Part shown: positions 24,793 through 37,537 of the stretch, one piece after another
How the letters are laid out: the number at the start of each line of letters is the position of its first letter
Position numbering within the stretch: position 1 is the first letter of the stretch
Assembly: GCA_951406725.2 (NCBI GenBank)
Contig: OX597817.1
Coordinates: 136,462,001-136,526,000, forward strand
Reading direction: 5' to 3'
Length of the DNA: 64,000 nt
DNA from: Octopus vulgaris
Lineage: Eukaryota
Made by a program: the position numbers and the translations under genes
The notes under the pieces: model-generated
Databases searched by the model: none
The model's input: the letters and a program-made list of their open reading frames with translations, nothing else
What the model was told of the DNA's origin: nothing

Positions 24793-26924
24793 ATGTGTGT
24801 GTGTGTGTGTGATAGATTTCTGTTCTGCACAACAAGTAAATCCATTATGTTTAAATTAGTTGACATTAGTCAACATGAGGTGCTGTTTATAAACGGGAAG
24901 TTGGGGACTATTTCGCTGATCATTGACACCTGTACCTTTATATAGTGTTGCATGGATTCAAATATTTGAAAAATCTATTGTGACTTATCTAAATTCTACA
25001 GCCTCATCATTATTATCATTTAATGTCTGTTTTGGTATGGTTTCTATGGCTAGATGCCCTTCCTAATGCCAACCACTCTGTAGAGTGATTTGAGTGCTTT
25101 TTATGTGGCACCAGCCTGTATTTGTAATCTTCATAGGCTTGTTACTTCAATTCTAAATTCTCTTCACAGAAACTAAATGCTCAAGTTTCAAATTCTATCT
25201 TAAGAAGTTCATCATAATAGTTGTTTGGTGTAATTTTCGAAAAGGTTTTCTCACCACAAATCTATATTCTAGAGCCAAAATTGCATGAATTTAATTAAGT
25301 TGTCTCTTGTCAGTATCAGATACAGTGATCTAGACACAAAGTATGTTTTGGTTATGGAAAAGAATGGCAAAATTCAGTAATGATAAGCATAACAATACTA
25401 CCATTCTTAGTTTACCATTGTGGTGTGTAGAATGAACTTGTTGAGCACAATTGATTTGAATGGGAAAATAAAATCTCATTATATGCTTCATCATCATCAT
25501 CATCACCATCATCGTCATCATCATCATCATCTTCGATGTTGTCATGACCATGGTCATCATCATCATACCACCTCTGCCATCATCTTTGTTTTCATGACTT
25601 TGTCATCATCACCACCACCACAAGCACCATCATCACCATCTATCTGTTTTTACTTGTATGGGTTAGATGGGTCTTGTCTAATACAGTTTCTCTTTCTTGT
25701 GGTTCAGCTGCCTGAGATTAGCTTTCATCATGTTTTGCCATATTTTGCTTGGTTTTCTTCCTCAAGTTCCTTTCACTCATATCCTTTATCTCTTCTTTAC
25801 CCATCAGAAACCGTCCATATATCCATCATTAATCTGTCCTGCCACTCTCTTCTCTTTTTCTACACAACATGTAATCCCCCTTTTTTTTTTTACCTCAAGC
25901 ATATGATTACCAATATATATTTAGTATATACTATTCTAAAAAGAACACCTAAGAAAGAGAAGTAATGTTTTAACCATCAAATGTCTCTCACCTCATCACA
26001 AACTTATACCTCACCAGATTTTGTCAAACCACCCTAACCCATGCCAGCACGGAAAGTGGATATCACATGATGATGATGAGGTAACTCAGAATTTGAACCT
26101 CACATCATGTGAATTTTATTAAAAGGATTTATGATATCTTGATTTTGTAGAGTTGATATTATTTTTATGGGAGGGGCAGCACCCATAATATTTTTTTGGG
26201 GCGAGGTCTTCCAGCCTGGTGCTAGGGAAGATGTAGGGGCTTTAAAGACTTTTAGGTTACTTCAATAGAAAGTTTGTGCATTGAGTTATTCTCAGTGTGG
26301 AGGTTTGGTCTGTAAGGTTACCACAGAATGGACTCTTCTAAATACACCAAGGGAGAAACTAGGGGTGGGGTAGTAGTATTAAACTGATGATGACTACAAC
26401 CAAAGATAATTGAATGGTTTCATTTATTGGGAAGATGACATCAGATTATTATGAATTGATATTCTTTTGAAGTTGTTGTTTGTTTTATGTTTGCAAGAGG
26501 AAATAACTACATTCTACCTGTCTTTTATTAATTATAACAGACTGGTCAAGATCATTATTTACAATCATTAGCAGTATGTCTGATGGTTATTATAATAAAA
26601 CAATCTGATTCATCACAAAATATCTATTTCTTTGTTTTCTTTTGTTTTGTTTTCTCAAATAGTATATTTGTTTTTTTTTTCTTTCCTTAACTCTATTTCT
26701 TCATCTTCGTCTTTTCTCCTTCCTTACAACTAATCCTCACCTTGCCAAATGAATTCCACAAAGAAAAGAATAAAATAACTAAAGTAGCTACAGCATGCAT
26801 ACTTTTCTTTTATTCTTATTATTTCTGCAACTAGTCAAGTCTTGTACTGTCACTTAATAAACTTAGCCACTTTGCTAGGTGATCTAGTCCTAGCGTCAGT
26901 AATATTATCTCTTGAAAAAAAAAA

Positions 26925-27122
26925 CGGTGAGCTGGTAGAACTGTTAGCATGTTGGGCAAAAGGCTTGGTGGCATTTCATCCATCTGAGTTCAAATTCTGT
27001 TGGAGTTATCTTTCGTCCTTTCAGGGTTGATAAAATAAGTACCAGTTACACACTGGGGTCAATGTAATTTGACTTATCCCTTTCCCTGAGATTGCTGGCC
27101 TTGTGCCAAAATTTGAAACCAT
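26925..27122 (+). mobile_element. Family A SINE
   Basis: cggtgagctggtagaac..gagttcaaattc..cctttcagggttgataaaataagtaccagttacacactggggtc..ggccttgtgccaaaatttgaaacc. Confidence 0.8.
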
Positions 27123-27171
27123 TTATATCTCTGGAAAGATTGTTTTTATGTTTTCTTTTTAAATTTGTTCC

Positions 27172-27335
27172 TTGATGCTGGTGTGTTTACATTCCCGTAA
27201 CTTAGCAGTTCGGCAACAGAGACCGATAGAATAAGTTCTAGGCTTCCAAAGAATAAGTCCTGGAGTTGATTTGTTCAACTAAAGGTGGTGCTCCAGCATG
27301 GTTGCAGTCAAATGACTGAAACAAATAAGAATGTG
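27172..27335 (+). mobile_element. Solo 3' module of family B SINE
   Basis: gatgctggtgtgtttacattcccgtaacttagc..gagaccgatagaataag..ctaaaggtggtgctccagcatgg..gtcaaatgactgaaac; no head upstream. Confidence 0.8.
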
Positions 27336-27359
27336 AAAGAACTGTGCCACACACTTTTT

Positions 27360-28025
27360 TCTTTTTCACTTCTTATACTTTAAGGCTTTACTCAATTTCC
27401 CATATGAATAAATCGTGTTTTCTTTAATACCACTTTTACATATGAACACAAAACAATACTCCCAAAACTATATACGTTACTATACCTCATTCACCCCATG
27501 TCTATAGCCACCTCACTCTTCTCCCACACTCTTCTAGTCTTAACCACTACATTTCTTAATTTATCTGTATTCATGCTCTCTGATTCCATGAGGGTACATT
27601 TAGGGCACCTTGTCATCACCATATTTACCTCTGTTTGAGCCCCTGCAGCCCCATCTCTCCCTACTCATGTAAAGTATGAGGTAGCCAGAAATCTTCTCCA
27701 CAAACACTCAACCTGTTCCTGCTCCTCATCATACTTTGAGCTCTCAACATCTTGCTTGGAGTAGCCACTCTATCCCTTATCCTCCCTCTCATCAGAGAAG
27801 ACTTTCCAGTTTTGCAAATTACCTGATGACTTGTTAATGCTGATGCCATGAGGAAACAAACCTGGTATTGTCTGTGAAGTGGTTGGCATTAGGAAAAGCA
27901 TCCAGATATTTAAATCATTCCAAAACTGTTACAGAGGAGCTAGACATGGTTCTCTGATCCATTGGATGCTGCTGAAATGTCCAAACTGTGCTGGCATGGA
28001 AATTAGATATAAAACGATAATAATG
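27360..28025 (+). mobile_element. Old RTE 3' UTR (CT-rich tract plus tail)
   Basis: CT-rich tract followed by gtggttggcattaggaaaagcatccag..gctggcatggaaa..aaacgataataatga. Confidence 0.55.
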
Positions 28026-28819
28026 ATTGTTATGCACATAACTGGCACAAGGATTTTTTAACGGAAAGAGACATATTACATAGATTACAATGCAAGTGAG
28101 ATTTATTAAAAACTATATATATGTGTATATATATATATGCATATACAGAGTTACTGACTACTGTGTACATTAGGTTTAGGTGCACCAAATGCATTGATGT
28201 GATAGTTAATGACTAAATACACCAGTTATCTGGAAATACTAGATTGATTTTCATTCATGTGTGACATAATTATTTCTGCAAGAATGAACAAGTGACTGAA
28301 GCGCAGGATGGATACATGCACCAAATTTGGCACAAACACAGAAAAAGGGAGTTGCATAATATTTGGGATTGTGTCACTTTTTCTATCTAATTTTAGAGAA
28401 ATCTTGTGAGAAGAACCAACAAACAATTTTCTCTGTGAAATATAAAAGCCTAATGTGTAGTAGCAGACACTGAAATATTGGATTTAATGCAAACTCCTTA
28501 TCTGCAGAAGAGTAAACCATCTTCAGACATCTAGGGTCTCTTCTAAAGAACTGGCTTGACTGACAAATGAAGTGCCCTGAGCTAAAGACATTATGAAGCA
28601 GTTTACTTTAAAATCACAATTTATGAACAAAAGTATGATTGGTTACAGGTTTTCAATGTACAGCTAATCACTGGTTCTCTGTGTTTCTGGTGGCAACAGA
28701 CTTAATGGACTTAATGCAAAGAAATTCTTCTGTAAAATGTCAATTTTACTGTGTTGTTTATATATTTTTTTCACCTGTGTTTGTTTCCTACTCTGATATA
28801 AATCATATGCACACACAAA

Positions 28820-29022
28820 TCATCATCATCATTTAATGTCCATTGTTCATGTGGCATGGGTTGGACAGTTTGACCAGAGCTAGCAAGCTGGGGAGCTGCA
28901 TCAAACTCCATGGTTTCTACAACTAGATGCCCTTCATAATGCCAACCACTTTATGAAGTGTGCTAGATGCTTTTACATGGCACTACATGGGTACTTTTAC
29001 ATGGTGCTACATGGGTGCTTAT
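28820..29022 (-). mobile_element. RTE LINE 3' end
   Basis: (CAT)n-ttaatgtcc..ggcatgggttggacagtttgac..gatgcccttcataatgccaaccac. Confidence 0.8.
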
Positions 29023-31104
29023 ACAAATAAATATATCAAACAAGCTTCCAAACCGTTTCTTAGCAGACATATTTCTGATGTATTGTGCAGTGTGATCAAA
29101 TCTAGAACTTGGTGTTTGCATCCTGTGCAGTTGCACTCGTTTACAGTTGACATCAATTTATAATCTATGAAGAAATATTGCAATCATTGGTGTGGCAGTG
29201 TGTAGGTATATAGAAGATAAAACAATCAACATTTTCCTTTATTTTTGTTAACCCCCTTCATCCTATTCTTATTAATCATAATGCTATCAGGAATACAGGG
29301 AAGTAAGAAAAGTAATTTCATGTTTGTATCAAATAACAGAAACGAGGAAAAAAAATCCTTTCATTTAAATCTTTTTCTATAATTTAATTGAAGCACATAT
29401 ATTTATATACACTTAAACACATATCTATATATGCACATGCACACACACACACACAAATGTGCATGCACTCCCAAACAATGAAGTGGTGGTGGTGCTGGTA
29501 GTGATAATGGTGATGATTTAAAGAAAACACACACACACACACAGTGAACTAAAGAGTAAACAATATATAAAACCAGTTATTTCTCTCTTCACATGATGTC
29601 TGTAGACTATAGAGAACAATGTAGTTCCAGTAGGTATGATCTGATCAAGATAATACATTCTACCACTGTCCTGCAGTGAAACTTTCCCCCGTCATTTCAC
29701 CTACTGATTCTCTAAGACTATTTCTATATATTATGAACTCTCTGCTAAAAGAAAAATGGTTAGGCAGAGACTTACAAATGCTGTATTATTTCTCTCTCCT
29801 CCTCATGTAAATAATAGCAAAGCAACTGAAACAAGAATGGCAATATTTTATTGATTGACCCATCGATTCAATCTATATTTACCATATCATACATAAATTA
29901 ATATATAATGTACTAGAAATCTACTTGGATTTTTGTGTGTTTCTGTTTGTATGTGTGTCTGTGTCTGTCTGACTGTGTAATTGTGTGTGTGTGTGTGTGT
30001 GGTTATAAGTTTATATTCATGTATGTTTGTGCAGTAGAAATTGTAGGATGGTGAAGAGTTCATAGTGGTCCAAGTCCACTTCTACAGTGACTGCTGCAGG
30101 TGAAATAAACAATGTGTGTACAGTTATGACGGTATGTGTACAGATATTATCACAATCTATATAGCTTTACATACATGCAAATATATATACGTTCTCTCAC
30201 ACGCTCACGTGTGCATACATGTACACAAATATAATGTGTGTATGAATATTTTTCTTCATTATTCTCCCTTGTGTCATTCATGTATAAATATGATAATTAT
30301 ACATACACAGTATATGCATGCCTATCTATATTACCTTAGCTTGTATATTTGTGATACAACATTCATCATAATATGTATGTATATATATATATATATTATA
30401 TATATATATTTGCATGTATTTGTATATGTTGACTGTGATGTAAATATGTGTCTGCTTATCATTAAATATTTGTATGTATGTGTATGTATTTGTGTGTGTT
30501 TTGTGTATTATATGTTGTGCTTATATAAATAAAAATAATATAATTTCCTATTTCTTATTAAATGTGAATTGCTGAAAAGAAGCTAAGCTATGCATATTTA
30601 ATAAGTAATGAAGAAACAACTGCACATGTAATTAAGAAATGCAGCCATCTACACAAAGTTTAGTTGCATGTATTGTAAAAGATGTGCAAGGTAGAAGAAG
30701 TGCCAAAACAAAGATGATACATTTCATTAATAACTTAGTTTTGTTTGCAATTAAAATGTATTTCTTTTACTTTGGAAAGTGCTGCTCTTTTAGCTTCATT
30801 TCCATTTCTCAACACTGGAACAGTGAATCATTAAAATATATTCCTGTAAACAGCTTCAAAAATAGCACTTTATCATATATCTGTACTTTATATAGTTTCT
30901 TATACAGCTGTATATTTATACTGTCTACAGTTACATGTGTAACTATGTATTTATACTGTATATAGCCTCATATACTGCTATGTATTTATATTCTTCATAT
31001 ATATTCTTCATATTCTTTATATTGCTTCATATATAGCTACATATCTATACTTTATGTAGCCGCATCCACTTCTGTAACATGTTTATATGTTTACACTGAA
31101 GCAC

Positions 31105-31394
31105 TGTGCTGACCAAAGCTTTGTGTACAGATTTGGTAGCTGGGGACTGAAAGAAGCCCATCATATATTTGTGTGTGTGTGTGTGTGTGTAAATATCTGT
31201 TAGTTGTACAGGTGCTTCACCATACAAATGGTGCCTTTCGTTTCCAATCTTATGTGAAAACGCATTTGACCATGGGGAAATATTACCTTACCTGGAAACA
31301 GATGAGGGTTAGTGAGAAGAGAAGCACTTGGACAAAGAAAATCTGCCTCAATGAGTTCCATTCAAGCCATAGAAAAAGTGGAAAATGATGATGA
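31105..31394 (+). mobile_element. Family B-related SINE with alternative (GAT)n-ending 3' module
   Basis: gaccaaagctttgtg..gatttggtag..actgaaagaagccc, (TG)n, then ggggaaatattaccttacctggaaacag..aagtggaaaatgatgatga. Similar tails at ~13380-13695 (+) and ~23850-23970 (-). Confidence 0.6.
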
Positions 31395-31940
31395 CTGTAT
31401 ATAGCCTCATATACAGCTATATATATTTATATTGTATATAGTCATATGTACAGTTATATGTTTAAATGTTGTATATAGCTTCATATATAGCCATTTGTAT
31501 GTTTATACAGGATATAGCTTCATATGCATATTGTTTCTTTTGTAAAAAGTCACAAGGAATAATGCCTATAAACATACAAGTTGCTGTTTGTCTATATTTC
31601 ATTTGTCTTTCTCCAAAGCAGTCGATGGTTGTTTATGAGAAAGCTACAGATTAATGTAGTGAAAACTATTCTGGGGGAATTAAACAAGCGCCAACTGCTT
31701 CGGATAAAAGAAGAGAAGTAAAATACAAAGAACTGATGAGTGTGTTTATAGGCTTGGTTAATTATGACTCTTCCCAAATGTAACAATATTAACTTCAACA
31801 CATGGTTTCAGATCAAAATTCTTGCAAAATAAATTCAAAGTTGCCTCATATATAGTTATCATCATTTAACATCCATTGTCCATGCTGGCATGGGTTGGAA
31901 TATATATTTATGCTTTATATACAGCCTCTGTTGCAGAAGT

Positions 31941-32560
31941 GTGAAGGCATGTGACTTACTGGTTTGGCTGTTTGGCTCATGATCATAAAGATGTGAGTTT
32001 GGTTCCTGGCAGTGCATTCTGTCCTTTGTGTTGCTCCAGTCCACTCGGCTTGCAAGTATGAATTGTACCTGTAATTGAAAAGGGCCAGCCAACCTTATCA
32101 CATTCAGTGTCCTGCTGAATCCTACTGAGAATTATGCGAAGAGTACGCATGTCTGTTGTGTGCTTCATCATCCTCATCCTGTGTTTTAAATTAGGGTTTT
32201 GTCCCTGTTAACAGGGGTGGCCGGATCTACCTCAATGCCATAGTGACTGAGGCAGGCAGGTGCAGCCCACCCCAACCTTTGAGCTGGCTGGCTAGTACCC
32301 ATTCTCCCTTGCTATCATGAGACTTTTTTGGAGCTGGATTTTCTATGGGGAGCATGCCCTTGCTTACCCCCAGCCTCAGTTTCTATATGTGAGTGGTCCT
32401 GAGACCAAGGCCTCTACCACGGTTTTTAAGAAATGTAGTGGAAAACTAGCTCAGGAAAGCAGGGACTCTACTCCCTGAGACCCTTTTCAGAGCCACCCTA
32501 CCTAAGCTCTTCCATTGATCAAATCAACTGGAACCCTTGTCATGACTGACAGAATGCCAG
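31941..32560 (+). mobile_element. tRNA-derived CORE SINE split by a nested insertion
   Basis: Head gtgaaggcatgtgacttactggtt..gtgagtttggttcctggc, CORE gttgctccagtccactc. It resumes at ~32490 with ccattgatcaaatcaactggaacccttgtc..gacagaatgccag. Confidence 0.65.
32165..32488 (-). mobile_element. Nested GC-richer retroposon fragment with RTE-like tail
   Basis: Begins catcatcctcatc. The minus strand has gggtaagcaagggcatgctccccatagaaa, related to the RTE motif aggaagggcatccagctgtagaaa. Confidence 0.45.
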
Positions 32561-35537
32561 TCATATAGCGATGTGTTTATTGTGTCTATACCCACATATA
32601 CAGGTATTTATATGTCTATACTGTATATAGCCATATATATACAAATATATATGTTTATACTGTATATAGTTATACATAAAGCTATCTGTATTTTTATAGT
32701 GTATAAAGCCTGCTATACAGCTATTTATGTTTATACTGTATATACCCTTATATACAGATATTTATGTTTATGCTGTATATAGATCCATATAGAATTATGT
32801 TTGTATCACATATGTAGTTAAATATATAACTAGTTATTTATATGTTATACCACATGCACAGTTATTTATATGTTTATTGTATATAAAACTTGGTATGTAA
32901 CAATATATGTTTATATTGTATACAACTTTATACATGGATACTATATTTATAGTTTCAAATGTAGTTACGTTTATACAGTATACAGCTTTATATACACCTC
33001 TTTGTATCTTCATAATGAAATTACTGTCATATGCAGTTATATGTTTATAGTACCTACAGCCTTATCTACGGCTGTTTTTATGGTTATACTTCATCAACCT
33101 CATAGTCCAGTTGGTGCAATTATGAATGTGTAAATCAGGAAATTTTCAACTAACATCACAAATGCTATGTTTTCCATATCTTGTTTAAAACTTTAAAATT
33201 ATGTTGTCTTCTAATATATGACAAATCACTAAAGTTACATTTTCAGTGATCAGAAAATAATGTTCTCCATTGTAATATTAACTTCACATTTCTGCTGTTA
33301 CATGTAAATGCTGCACCTGGTATTATTCAACATATATTTTAATTAATATCTGTTTATTTCTAATTTAAATTAAAATTTATTATTATATATAGATATACTG
33401 CAAAATAATTTTCTGGATTTATTTCTCACTTCACCCCTATTTCCACTGAAAACCGTTTTATCTGTTAGTAATATGTCCATAACGTGCAAAGTTGCTAAAA
33501 TTTGAAATGCAAATTTTAGTAATTTAGACAAGATGCTGATCATAAACCTGTTCTTTGAACATAAATATCTGAAATGTACAATAAAGGCAAATAAATGGTA
33601 GATCTTGTATCATTCAGCTGGATATTGTTTTTCTCTATTTTATTTAGAATTGTCAGAATTATAAACTTATTTGAAGATAGATAGAGTGCATTTCTCAATA
33701 TTACCATTTAAAACATTCTATAGTACTCTAAACTATAGTGATTTTAGATATAAAGAGTCTTTACTTTGAATTATACATACATTTAAAAACTTTCAATGGT
33801 GAGAAATTTGTTATTGTTGCATTTTTTGCTTTGTTTTATCCCCCTCCCTGCCTCCTACTCCACTTACTGATGTATTTATTTACTGCATTTTAATAATGCA
33901 TTAATTTCTAGTAAGAAAAGTTTTTCATTCATTTTAAAAGTAACAAAAATATTTTCAATGGTGAAAATTCTGGCCAAAGGTTATTTTGAAAAGATCCTTT
34001 GATATTAACTATCATTTCTAGTATTGGATGTCCATTGTTTAATTATTTAGAAAGTAGTCTTTATAACTTTTACCAAAGATTTAGAAACAGAATCGATGAC
34101 CTCTGACGATACGGAAAGGTTTTGACCTTAAATATCTTTACTGGAAAATATCTAGCGAAGCATGGAGACACCAGTGATGACATAGGCAATAAGGACCGCC
34201 AATGGAACATCCAACAAAGGAGATTTTCACCCAGAAATATAGCTAATCGACAATAACAAGTTTGGTGATATGTGGCCTAATCACCACGTTTCAGGTTTTA
34301 TCTTTGATTAACAGGAATTTCTCTCATTTCGCCTATAGTTCTTCATAGAAATCTCTTTGGAACATTGCATTATTTCTATCAATAGTTGTCCAGATTTGGC
34401 TGACTGAACATCTTAAGAAGAGTCTAAGAGCCAAGTCATTAACTGAACAGAAAAATAAAACAATATCATCATTAAATAAAAGAACAAAAGACATTCAAAG
34501 TATATGTGATTTGCTTGCTTCTGTCTATGGTGTATGTTTGTGCTTGTGTATATATGTGCGTATACATGTGTGTGTATAAGTGTCACGTTTACTATAAATT
34601 TCTCACTTGGTTGAATAAAAAGAGCTACAGCGGAAACCTAGGTTTGAATTGATATTTCATATTGCAATCAAAAGCTTTTATCTCTTCTCTTGTTAAGTTC
34701 TAAAACAAAGTGTCGGACACCATTTTAGTTAATGAAGAGCCAGTAGTGAAGAAAATAAGAAACTTGGTATTGTAGCTTGGTTTGAAAAGCTGAATATAAA
34801 TACTCATAAACATCATAAATACACAAACATATTCAGACGTGATGAATACTCACAAACATTCATAAAACTTATCAAATACACATCAATACATAGTTATTAT
34901 TTTACATAAATTATATAATGCTATTATGACTTGTGATTTCTAGTTTGAGGTTCATTTCTGCTGACTAAACCACCAACAACACCATTGAGATAAGTAGCAA
35001 CATCACCATTATCTTCTCCAGCACTACTACACATTGTCAAAAATCATTAATTCTTTTTACTTTAGTAATTAAATTCAATACTACATTCCTCTCCTTCTGT
35101 CTCTAAATTAGTCAGAGATGTAAAGGCCAGAGTCGACAACCCTTGCAGGCCTTCTCAGACCTGTGAGATTGATGTAGTTAGTATTTAGTTTGATGCCTGC
35201 AGGGGAAAATATGAGGTTGATATGGAATTCCAAGGGGATGCAGTATTGGGGAAGAATGATTGAGCAGTATTTTGTGGGGTATGTCAGGGCTTTAAATCCT
35301 AGTTTGCTTTGAGATTAAGTTATTGCAACTATGATCAGCTTTTCTTTTTCTAAGAGACTAGGGTGTAATTTCAGGAAGCTTCAACTTCTATTTCTAGTAG
35401 GTTAAATGCCTGTATATAGGCTCTCATATTAACTAGTGAGGAGAGATGAATGCATTAGGTGTGTTTAGGTGGTGGTGGTGGTCAATTATTTACTAGCTAA
35501 GAGCAGAGATCATAGAAGCAGCAGCAGTGGTAACAAC

Positions 35538-35571
<34 letters not shown>

Positions 35572-35802
35572 ATGTATGTGTGAGTTAGTTTTTAGGGTGT
35601 TTTTGTGTAGTAGAATCTTTGATCAGCGGATGAATTATTTTTTTAGTGGTTGACATCTAGAAAATTTACGTTTTATCTACAACTCTGTCCTAAGTATTTG
35701 GGTAGTCCATCAGGTTTAGAGATGGTCAACCACTAATCAGGGCTGAAATATTTTCTGGACCTAAAAAGAAAGTATAATTTATAGGATTCAGTTTTGACAG
35801 TG

Positions 35803-35837
<35 letters not shown>

Positions 35838-36065
35838 GCTCAGTTTGTTATGATAGATCATCAAGGACTGTGACATGAAGCTTTTGTAGCAACTTTGAAA
35901 AGCTTTAGTTATTCATTGTTCAGCTAAAAGGAGTTGTTTCCTTGATGCATGGGCTGATTATGTTGTCACTTTTTAAAGTCATCTCTACAGATTTACTGAA
36001 GAAGCTGGAGCCAACACTGAAAGTTATGTTTCATTCATGAATATGTCTATGTAAACAGTGTGATT

Positions 36066-36395
36066 CATCATCATCATTTAACTTCTGCTTTCCATGCTGG
36101 CATGGATTTGATTGTTTGACTGAGGTCTGGCAAGCCAGGTGGCAGCACCACACTCCAGCCTGTTCTAGCAATGTTTCTACAGCTGGATGTCCTTCCTAAC
36201 ACCAACCACTCCAAGAGAGTAGTGAATGCTTTTTATGTGCCACCAGCCTGGGAGCCAGTCAGGCTGCACTGGCAATGACCACACTCTAATGGTGCTTTTT
36301 ATGTGCCAATGCCACGCGAGCTAGTCAAGCAGCACTGGCACCAACCACGCTTGAATGGTGCTTTTTACGTGCTACAAGCATGGGGGCCAGTCAGA
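36066..36395 (-). mobile_element. RTE LINE 3' end with 3 internal tandem units
   Basis: Same tail motif and ~60-bp units as 24196-24792. Confidence 0.85.
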
Positions 36396-36397
36396 GC

Positions 36398-36440
36398 GTA
36401 TATGTATATTTCAGGAGTTCTCGCTCCTTCTTCAACACTG
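36398..36440 (-). other. Hammerhead-like core motif (Penelope pLTR type), decayed
   Basis: Minus strand tTGAAGA-aggag-cgagaa-ctcct-GAAA: perfect 5-bp stem II between the two core boxes; C3 is U. Confidence 0.5.
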
Positions 36441-36684
36441 CATCCAACTCGTTAATCATCCATGAACACATTACTTAATTAGCCACCACATACAGCTTGT
36501 ACGACACAGCCTTGAAAATACTTGGTAGTATATTCTAGTTGCATAATGAAATACGTTGTCCCTGCAAGCAGTTGTATGATTACGTTTTGTTCTTGATGTT
36601 TATATGTCTGTATTTGATGATGTTTTCAATGTCTGTCTGGGTTGCATGTAAATTGTGCTTATTTGTAGAATGTGTAATGCGGCA

Positions 36685-36723
<39 letters not shown>

Positions 36724-36868
36724 ATCTGGAATAAAAGCAAGAGAATCCTAATAATAATTATAAAGTTGAAATGTCCTACAAAGGGGTTAACCACGGCTAA
36801 AACAGCTGCACCAACTATCATTGATAAGTACAGACATGATGTAAATTTGTATGTCAGAAGATACATTA

Positions 36869-37532
36869 CCATCATCATCATTTAACGTCCGTTGCCCATG
36901 CTGGCATGGGTTGGATGGTTTGACTGGGCTGACATGCTGGAAGGCTGCACCAGACTTCAGTTTGATTTGGCATGGTTCTCTACAGCTGGATGCTCTTCCT
37001 AAAGCCAGCCACTCTGAGAGTGTAAGGAGTGCGTTTATGTACCACTGGCACGGGTGCCATTTGCATGCCACCAGCACAGGTGCCATTTGCATGCCACTGG
37101 CACAGGAGCCAATTTGCATGCCAGCGGCACAGGTGCCAATTTGCGTGACATTGGTATCTGCCATAACTGCGATTTTGCTCAGCTCGATGGTTTTCTTAAG
37201 CATGACCTAATGCCAAAGGTCTCAGTCATTGCCTCCATGAGGCCCAACACTTGAAAGGAACTCAACCATTTTGCCTCCATGAGACCCAGAGCTCAAATGG
37301 AACTCGGTTACTTACCTTCATGAAGCCCACCACTCGAAAGGTGTTCTTTACATGCCACCAGTATGGGTGCACTTGGTTTGATGGGTCTTCTCAAGTACAG
37401 CACATCACCAAAGGTCTTGGTCATTAGTCATTACCTCCATGAGGCTCAAAGTTCGAAGATCATGCTTCACCACCTCGTTCCATGTCTTCCTGGTTCTACT
37501 TCTACCACAGGTTCCCTCCACAGTTAGAAATC
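36869..37532 (-). mobile_element. 5'-truncated RTE LINE including ORF C-terminus and full 3' UTR
   Basis: Minus strand LTVEGTCGRSRTRKTWNEVVKHDLRTLSLMEVMTNDQDLW*CAVLEKT leads into the UTR and (GAT)n tail. Internal ~21-bp and ~35-bp repeats are present. Confidence 0.9.
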
Positions 37533-37537
37533 AGCAT

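Larger units (their letters stand above)
30870..33105. repeat. Old degenerate ~35-39-bp minisatellite array interrupted by insertions
   Basis: Units like ctgtatatagcctcatatacagctatatgtttata at 30870-31090, 31395-31530, ~31845-31925 and 32562-33105. Confidence 0.75.

Noticed and set aside
25420-25965. 181-aa poly-His ORF
   Set aside because: Derived from (CAT)n microsatellite and decayed retroposon tail sequence; no domain or splice support.
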